The position numbers and the translations under genes are program-made. The notes beneath the pieces are model-generated. The model had not been told where the DNA came from, searched no databases, and worked only from the letters and a program-made list of their open reading frames with translations. DNA of 64,000 bases from Octopus vulgaris (lineage: Eukaryota): contig OX597815.1 in NCBI GenBank assembly GCA_951406725.2, forward strand, positions 99,572,001 through 99,636,000. Direction: 5' to 3'. This document shows positions 54,527 to 64,000 of the stretch, piece after piece; the stretch's first letter is position 1; each line of letters begins with the position of its first letter.

Positions 54527-55791
54527 CAGACATGCAGGAAATAAATAGACACCTTTAATTTTCAAAATTGCTGATCTAAGCGTCTTAATATGTTTTCAGC
54601 GATGTAGAATTTACAATGTAATTATTCTTTTTCATTCCAGGTGCCATTATATTAAACATTTGCAAAGAGTAACCATGCCATTCACAAAAAAAAACACAGC
54701 AGAACTGTCAGATTTTCTAAGAGATCGTACTGTTGGGCAATCTGAGTCTGGTCTTAGCCAGCGAAAAATTGCTGAAAATCTTCAAATTCCTCTTGCTACT
54801 GTTAATAGAATTATAGTGCAATTCAAAAGCCAAGGAAAATAATCAACAGATTCTCGTCCCGGCCGACCTGGACCCTCGGAATGAAAGCTTCGCTTTTTGA
54901 AGAGAATTGTAGAAAACGAATCCCGTTCCAAGGCTTTTGACATTGCAAAACAGCTAAAAGTTAGTCTAAGAATGTGTACTACATATCTGCATAAGCTTGG
55001 GTATTATAGACGAGCAGCTAGAAGAAAATCCTCCTTCAGCCAATTAATATCATGAAAAGAAAGAAATGAGCAAAGGAGATCTGAGAAAAATCCACTTCAT
55101 TTTGGGATAGAATGATTTTCTCAGATGAATCCAGTTTTGCATTGCTTTCAGACAGTGGACGTGTTTGCGTCTGGAGGCTTCCTAATCAAGCTTTTAATTT
55201 AAAACGACTCCAACCAACTATGAAACATGGCGGTATCTCTGTAATGGTATGGAGAATCTGTCACCAGCAATAGTCGTTCTGAGCTGATTGAATGTGTTGG
55301 AACCATAAACTCTGAAAAATACATCGAAATACTTAAGCAAGGACTACTTCCGATGTATTCACACGATAACATAACGAAAAGTGAATTTTTATTCATGGAA
55401 TATGGGGCTCCATGCCACACAGCGAAAAGGAATCAACAATGGCTGACTGAATATGGGATCAAAAAGCTTGCTTGGCCGAGTCAATCTCCTGACATGAACG
55501 CAACTGAAAATCCTAGATAGAATTATGCGAAAAACTCGACAGAAACCGAAATCTAATGATGAATTGTTTCGGTTGTTGCGTGAAAAATGGGCAGAAATTC
55601 TACAAGAGACAATCACAAAGCTCATCAGCTCAATGCAAAAAAGATTTTCTGAAATATAAACTGCAAAGGGAATGTCAACTAAATACTAAAATATGTAGTC
55701 CTACCTATCGATTACATTTCAATTGTTTGCTTTGCATATTAAATAAAAGATTTTGAAAATTAAAGGTGTCTATTTACTTCCTGCATGTCTG
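54527..55791 (+). mobile_element. full-length Tc1-family DNA transposon (inactive)
   Basis: 42-bp TIRs CAGACATGCAGGAA(A/G)TAAATAGACACCTTTAATTTTCAAAAT at 54527-54568 and 55750-55791, with 1 mismatch. The right end is followed by TA; the left is preceded by CA. Confidence 0.93.
54675..55689 (+). pseudogene. Tc1 DDE transposase pseudogene
   Basis: [28 protein letters not shown] (HTH), [31 protein letters not shown] (second catalytic Asp apparently mutated), WPSQSPDMNATEN, GMSTKY*. Several stops and frameshifts. Confidence 0.9.
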
Positions 55792-55817
55792 TATATGTGT
55801 GTGCCTTTGTGCTTCAG

Positions 55818-56170
55818 GTTCAGTCCCACTGCATAGTACTGTCGGGAAACTTTTCTGCTTTAGCTTCAGGCTGCCCAAAGCCTTGTGAGTGGATTTTGTA
55901 AACGGAAACTCATATGTTTAGATGTGTGTGTGTATGTGTGTGTGCGTGTGTGTGTATGTGTGTTTGTGTGTCTGTGTGTGTGTGTGTACATCTATGTGCG
56001 TGTGTATTGGCAGCTGGTTTTGTTGTATTTGCACCCCATAATCTTGCGGTTCAGCCAAAGAATCGATAGAATAAGTAGTACTAGGCCTAAAAAAATAAGT
56101 CCTAAGGTCGATTTATTGAACTAAAATCGTGGTCCAGCATGGCCGCAGTCAATTGACAAACAAGTAAAGG
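55818..56170 (+). mobile_element. degraded SINE family A
   Basis: GGTTCAGTCCCACTGC..CCAAAGCCTTGTGAGTGGATTT..CAGCATGGCCGCAGTC. Confidence 0.8.
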
Positions 56171-56175
56171 CTAAA

Positions 56176-56253
<78 letters not shown>

Positions 56254-56295
56254 GACTGATATATATTGATATAACACACACACATTCATACATAC

Positions 56296-56330
<35 letters not shown>

Positions 56331-57958
56331 CACAAAATATACATGATTATATGCATGTATATTTTACTTGTGTGTGTATATGTGTGTGTCAGTATCGGTC
56401 ACCATCACTAACCAGTACATATGTGTTATTCCAATGTAAGTATAACAGTATTATATTTTATTCGTTTAAAAATACCCGACGGAATGTTTGGAACTTGGTC
56501 ATAGTCTGAAAGAATAATATTCTTGTGAAGTTAAACAGCAGACAATCGAGGCATGGGGAGCTTCTCATGAGACAAAGACATTTGCACGACAAGTAAAGAA
56601 GAGTTTTTTTTCAGATTTTACTGATTAGGCCATTTTCCTTGTCCAGAAGTGACGTGAAAAACCGAGTCAGGGCAGTGACGATTCCAAACTACTAGACCTG
56701 AAAGACTTCAAATTTTGAGCGAACCTTCCGTTGATTTCATTGGTTATATATCACGTGTATTCCCTCGGTACTTGTGTCGTCATATATGTTACTGACATTT
56801 TTCATTCTAAGGAAATTTCTAACAAAAGCAATATAGAATATTCCTATTTATTGCATCAGAGTAGTTCCTCATGCAGCAGAAGTCCTTATAAGGCTAATTA
56901 CATCGACTTACAGCTTTCACCACTAACCGTGTATGTCACCGCTCTGTGTTATTGTATCCCTACAATCACATACGGTTTCGATTGTAAAACTTTTACCTAC
57001 AGCCCTATGCTTTCATCTTGCTGAAATACTTCCATTACATGCATCCCTCTTTATACTTCATTCCCCTTCTGTAGAGTAATACCGATTTAATGTAAAAGAG
57101 ATCTGCATATTTCGTACTAAAGAAATTCAATTCGACTCAAATAGCTACATGCAAATATATGGAGTCGGAAGAAAAATTAAAGGAAATGAAAATTAAGTAA
57201 AGTTATCTTTAATGCCTTTCGACTGAAATATTACATTGATTCAAAAATTCCAGAAAAGTGACTGTAAATCCCTAAAAAAGACCAACACCGGTTGCAAATG
57301 CATATATTTAACTGATTGATGTCGGTCGAACATATTTCGAAGATAGCTTGAACTGAACGTCTTCATCCGATAATTGACGGTCACGTTATAGCCGCAGTTA
57401 GATCTTGGTACATATGTTCGCAAGAAGACGCAAAAGAGAAATTTGAACAGTTCTCAAATTTTCACCCGCAAGTAAATTTCTAATTCTTCCATCCCTTTAT
57501 CCCTTACTACTTCTGAACTGTAAAAACTAATGCATTTATCCTACAGGACTACTTTCGTTATATACCTGCATATATTTCATTCTCCTTTGTAATGTTAATA
57601 AGTTAATTAAAAGTAATATATAACGCCGACTTCGTATTCAATATATCAAACGATGTTAGAATAGTTATATGGAAATGTTAAGAAGTCTATGATTAACAGA
57701 AAGTTAAAAGAGAGAAAATTTAGTCAAATAAACATATAAAGGTAAATGTATTCTTTCATTAGCGAAAACAAAAAGAAACCTCGCAAATACTTTCCCTTGT
57801 TTTTAGAAACGGACAAGCGATCAATTAACTGTAAGATTCTAGACGTGTGTGTGTGTGTGTGTGTGTGCGTGCGCGCCGTGTCTGTGTGTGTATATCAATA
57901 CATATGTGTGTATATATATTTATTCATTTATATATATGCATATATGTATATTTATGTA

Positions 57959-58003
<45 letters not shown>

Positions 58004-58966
58004 TTTGAGCGATAGAATGAGAGAGAGAGAGAGCCATATGTTTATATCTGTTAATATACAGCATCCTACAAACAGTTATCAGATATAATTCGTAATATCT
58101 AAATGTTAAAATGCACACATCGAGTCATAATTAAAATCACGTAAACATTGTTCATATATACATATATTCATGGATATATATATATGTGTGTGTGTGTTTA
58201 GAAATATATATATATATATATACGTACATATATACACATACATATATACCTATACATAATTTCATACATACGATAATAATGTGAAAAATACTTCTCTGTA
58301 CACACACAGAGATACATATATAGATATATACATATATATATATTCACTATTTCTACATACACAGAGCACATCAGAACTAGAACCAGAAGTAGGAGTCGTA
58401 TGTGTAAACATACGCTCGATTATCTGATTTTCAAAAGATAGTTCTTAACACAACACAGCAGCCGTTCTGTGCAGATAGGTGATTTATACAAAGATGATAT
58501 GACACCAAGAATGACAAAAATTCCATCTATGTTCTTCCAAATGATAGTCATCTATTGTTAACGATATACCATTTTTTTTACCTTTCTCTTCTATATATCT
58601 TCTATCCTGTCGTTTTTTGGAGATGATAGTGTTGATGACGCTGGTTATGGTGTGGATTTTTATATAAACATTGATTATATAAGAAGTATTGGTATTAGAT
58701 AGTGTCATGTGACAACAGAGATCTGATTATAATTATGGCGTTCAAGCCTGATTATTTCTAATGATGGAATTCAGTGAGAGAATTCGGTTTGGTTGTGCAT
58801 TGATTGACAATGTGTAGAAATAAGTTTGTTGAACAAGGTTAGTAAATTTATATAGAAAGTTGGATATGAGAAAATTTGATTCATAACTTGGGAAGGAACA
58901 AGTGATAAAACGCGAAATGTGCACACGCATGCACAGAGAGAGAGAGAGAGAGATAAAGAGAGAGAA

Positions 58967-59085
<119 letters not shown>

Positions 59086-59872
59086 CAGGTATTATATTAA
59101 TTCTATTGTAACATAAGATTGTACTTTGAAATGCATGAAATGCAGGAAGAAATAGATTGAACGCGGCCAAAACAGAATCACCAAAGTACAATGGAGAACT
59201 TTTTGAGGAAACCCGTTTCTACAACTCTTTGGAATCTTTGGATTTCCCATTATTTGTTTGCTCCAGTTGTTGGGGATGAGTTACGAAAATTCGCCAAGTA
59301 TGTGGTACGAAATCATATACATACGAAAACAACACGACTGGAAAGTAAAGTTCTCATTTTTTCAGCTCAAGTGAACTATGTATTTTAAGAAAGTGCGTGA
59401 AGAAATATTTAAATATCTCATTATATAAATGACTTTATACAGACGTAAGAAGCTTGTGTCAGTGTTTATACAAGTGTTTGATTTGCAGAGTAAAAACAAA
59501 GATATATCTATAACACAAACACAAGACACAACAATGAAAATTATAAAAACTTTGCAAAGTAGAAATCGTTCGCATTTTAGGCAAGTGTTGCGCGTTTCTG
59601 TAAAAATGCTTATAACATTAGCACTCGCTTCATAAAAAGATAAGAACACTCAATTTACTTCTATCTTCTATCTAAACAACATATACAACACTTCGGAATA
59701 TTTAATTTCGATGTAAGTTTTGTTCAACTCGTGCAATTGTTTCCAAAACCAAAGTGACAATAAAGTGTATTTTGCTTCTTTTTGTTTTGTTATATTTACT
59801 CCGATTAATTTTTTGCACTCTATGCATGAAAATTTCTCATTGTATCACGATGTCACATCGCATGTATTTATG

Positions 59873-59965
<93 letters not shown>

Positions 59966-60004
59966 GTGTGTGTGTGTGTATGAATATGCATATATGTATG
60001 TATG

Positions 60005-60038
<34 letters not shown>

Positions 60039-60118
60039 CGTACATATATACATGCCATTATATGTATGTACGTATATATATATATATATATATGCACACA
60101 AACGCACACAAAGATGCA

Positions 60119-60164
<46 letters not shown>

Positions 60165-60829
60165 TACACACATATATATATACATACACATATATATATA
60201 CATACAGACCTACATATATGTACATGTGCGTGCGTGTATGTGTGTGTGGTTGCTTGTTTGAATATGTTTATATAGTACTCTTTCTATTGTCTTTTTTCTT
60301 TGCGGTATGTTTTGTTAATTAGTAATCGCATGTAGAATGTAGAACTAAATACAAGAAACAAGTCGACTAGAATGGCCGTTTTCAGAGAAGACAAGTATGA
60401 ACGGAAGCCTGGAAGATTAAGAAACACGGTTAATGAAACAATAAAGCCAATCAGTTAGGCGACACGAAACAAGAAATCACTCGACTGTGAAAACAGTTAC
60501 AAATCGTTTGTATCAGTCAATTGTATCCAACTATCATTGATGCTAACACGCTTCACTGATTGTTGACAAATTCAGTTAGAGCAATTTTGATCATGCTTGC
60601 TATTCTAATCTATGTAGCAGCATGCAGTTTATTTATCTGTTACCATCTCACAACTACCGGTGTTCAGAGTTAACTTCCGTCGTCGCTACACAAGAACGCA
60701 ATGTTACATGGATTGTCTCTGCTGTTTTAGTTCACTTCGCATATTTCAACTATTGTTGACTGGTGATATTACTCTCATTCATTTCCAAGCAATTAAATTT
60801 CATGTGTAATCGGCTACGGTGATGAGGAT

Positions 60830-61028
60830 GGTGGCGGTGATATTGATGATGATGATGATGATGATGATGACGGTGGTATGATAACTGATAATGATGAGGG
60901 AAAGAGTGTCGATGATGACGATGAAGATAATAGTGATTATTATGATGATGATATAACATCGCTGTTTGGTGTTGAGGATGACGATTATGGCAGTTACGTC
61001 AACAACTACTACTACTACCACCACTACT

Positions 61029-61079
<51 letters not shown>

Positions 61080-61125
61080 CAGCAGCAACAGCAGCAGTAG
61101 TAGTAGCAGTAGTAGTAGTAGCAGC

Positions 61126-61180
<55 letters not shown>
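60830..61180. repeat. compound trinucleotide tract (GAT)n / (TAC)n / (GTA)n / (GCA)
   Basis: Directly visible. Confidence 0.95.
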
Positions 61181-61349
61181 ATTTCAAATTTAGGCACAAG
61201 GCCAGCAGGTTTGCGGGAATGGTAGTTAGTCGATGACATTGATCCATTCTTCAACTGGTACTTATTTTATCGACTCCGAAAGATGAAAGGCTAAGTCGAC
61301 CCGACGCAATAAAGATTATGCCATCTCGCCGCTTTAATAAATAATAATG

Positions 61350-61382
<33 letters not shown>

Positions 61383-62686
61383 TGTCGAAATATCGTTCAC
61401 TTGATAACAATGACACTCTTCTTTTTTTGCTTATAATAATAATAATATGCGGTCGGTTTTACAGTGAAAGCACGTTAAAAAAATAAGACTACTGAACAAT
61501 AATCCTTTCTACTGGAGGCACAAGGCCTCAAATTTATGGTGAGTGAACTAGTCGATTACATCAACCCCAATGTTTTACTGACACTTAATTTATCGGCCCC
61601 GAAAGAAGGAAAAGCAAAGTCAACCTCGGCTGAATTTGAATTTAGAACGAAGCAACGGGTGAAATACTGCTATGCATTTCGTTCAGCGCGCTAACGGTTC
61701 TGCTAGCTCGTCGCCGTAGTAATAATGATAATTATTATTATTATTCAGTGAGAGACAGCAACTCATACCATCAAAGTGACACTGAGGTAAAATATACGAA
61801 GCCTAATGTACCCATCATGACTACCCGTCTGATAAGGGTACACAAGGCGCATACATCACAAACATATGTGCGCGACATGGTGATCTCATATCAAGATAAA
61901 CGGCGCATGACCTTGTAGGTGGGGCCTAGTTAGAATTTTCTTCAGATCTAGTAGCCCATCCCGCCCAAAATTTCTCTGAATAGGGTTTGTTTAAGGATGT
62001 TGAATGAAACACCCATGTTTCCAGAGGCGAAATATCAAACCCCCAAAGAATTCCTCTCAACACATGGCTATGATTGCACTTATCGTCAGCAACTGAGGGG
62101 CATGCTCATCTGGTTATGGTGAAGCGATTGACAAGCAGAATATTTGCTGTAGCCCATCTTTTATACCAAGACAAAATATGTACATGATAACATTTCTGAT
62201 CAGTGAAGATCAAAATTCATGAGAGCCAGAATCTGATGTGATAGACAAAATTTGATGCCATATTTGGATTCAGCACTCCAAAATTAGCTACAAACCATTG
62301 ATAAGCCTTGTGCCAGAAAATATGTTGACAAGTGTAATCTTTTCTACAAAGGACATAAAGCCTGAAATTAGGAAGGGTGGAGCAAGTCGATTTCATAGAC
62401 TCCGAAATGATGAAAGAAAAATTCGACGTCGGCGTGATGTGAACTCAGAACATAAGGACGGACGAAATGCCGCTAAGCATTTTGCCCGGAATGCTAAGGA
62501 TTCTGCGAGCTCGCCGCCTTAATAATAATAGTAATCCTCTCTATTAAAGGCACAAAGCTGAAATTTTCGGTGAGGGGAGTATTCGTTTACATTGATCCAG
62601 TGTTTCACTTGTAATTAATTCATCGACTCCGAAAGGATGAAAGGCAAAGTCAACTTCGGCGGAATTTGAACTCAGAACGTAGCAAC
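61180..62686 (-). mobile_element. cluster of four degraded SINE family B copies, same orientation
   Basis: Copies at ~61180-61335, 61500-61716, 62335-62520 and 62535-62686 share GGCACAAG(GCC), ATCGACTCCGAAAG(G)ATGAAAGG and GAATTTGAACTCAGAAC variants. They are interspersed with (TAA)n. Confidence 0.8.
61745..62230. mobile_element. unclassified interspersed repeat, possibly a LINE 3' UTR ending in (TAA)n
   Basis: Segment CCAAAGAATTCCTCTCAACACATGGCTATG (~62043-62072) recurs inverted at ~46856-46885 (CATAGCCATGTGTTGAGAGG..CTTTGG), showing it is repetitive. Family not identified. Confidence 0.5.
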
Positions 62687-64000
62687 GTTCCCATTATCTT
62701 TAAATATAAAATATGCTTTAATGTAAATGGAATTTCTGTATAATCTAAAAAATAATTAAATAAAAAAAAAACAGATTATGTATGTTTTTGGTACTTGTAG
62801 GTGAGCACTTTGTGTGAACTTTGAAAATTTACTGTCTCTCTTCTGAAAGTACATAAAAAAATAGTCCTCAGTTTCGACTTATTGTAAAGCATGAACATGT
62901 GGAAACTCTCTTCTTACTTATTTGCTCGGAGACGGTCGTGATATCCAAACAGAGTCTAAATAGAAATGAGAGTCTTCAAACTTTGAAAAATATTTATAAT
63001 TAAGAAAATTACGTCTCCCTGAAAAGTGTATGGAAAATGTGTATGGAAAAGAAAAATTCTCAGGATCAGAATATGTTCCTATATATAATTAGGACTTCTG
63101 TGTTATTCCTTAATATTCTGTGTTAATGTAAGTTGGTGTTACTCAATGCCTTCTTTTTCTCTTACTCCATAAAGTCTTGGCTGCTATTTCTTCATCTTCA
63201 GTAAGAATCTGATAGCCAAGCCGATCAATTTCTTGTCATTCTCAAATATCATTTTCAGTCACTTCCCAGATGTTAGCATCTAAAAATATAAAAAATATGA
63301 ATATATTTCAAGCTTTCTATTTCTCCTGCTTTGATTGATAAAAGTTCGGTCACTATTTATTCATCATGTAATAAAATAAGAGCACCATATATAATAAATT
63401 CATTTATATTCAGCCTCCCATCAATTATCTTTTCATTAAGTATTATAAATTTCGCGGGCAAATATCAACTACTGACATCATTCATTTGAGAAGCTTAATC
63501 TTCCTTCCCTATATCCCGTGCTTAAGGCTTCTCCTAAGATTTTATCATGTCTAACTTTCATGTTTTTTAATCTGTTAAAATTTTATATCTGATAAATTGG
63601 CCTTTTGATTTGCTTATATACTAAACTGTTTACTTTTTACGTGAATGTACTAAGCTGTTTACTTTTTACGTGAATTACAATCTTGCGCAACCGAAACGCT
63701 TTATTCTGATTTATAAATTAGCTTTATTTCCTTTGCCGAATTACTGAGCATTCTCTTAACTCGTGATGACATTTTGCAATTTAATGACTGAAATTTTTTT
63801 TCTTAATTTAGCCATTAGTGAGAACTGTACGCGATTTGCGCTACATTACTGGAAATCCTTTAAGTCAATAGTATTTATACTCCTATGGACACTCTGATAC
63901 GGGCATACAAGAATCAAATACATCTTTCATCGACTAGCTCCGGATGTATATGATACATTACTCTGTTGAGTTTCTGAACGCTCTGTAGATCGAGTCTGGC

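Noticed and set aside
56470-56830. Possible L1/Tx1-like remnant
   Set aside because: Only a vague KLP..RLS resemblance; insufficient evidence.

Overview
This is AT-rich, microsatellite-saturated eukaryotic DNA with no host protein-coding gene that I can support. It reads as intergenic or large-intron sequence. The tRNA-derived SINE families, R4/Dong and RTE LINE relics and very dense (TA)n/(CA)n/(CATA)n/(TAGA)n tracts suggest a coleoid cephalopod, most likely Octopus (inference). Almost all ORFs in the supplied track are microsatellite translations. Mobile elements I can identify: three SINE families (about 20 copies, including a dimer with a perfect 16-bp TSD), a full-length dead Tc1 element with 42-bp TIRs, two fold-back mariner relics, two non-autonomous Helitrons of one family in opposite orientation, a hAT MITE with an 8-bp TSD, two or three R4/Dong LINE copies in (CATA)n, and CR1/L2, RTE and Penelope fragments. 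The most interesting unexplained signals are two CpG-rich unique islands (about 12.9-13.2 kb and 18.7-19.0 kb), several hammerhead-ribozyme-like cores, several fold-back structures and a nested ~5-kb inverted-repeat arrangement. I found no convincing novel biological system; the findings are candidates to test.
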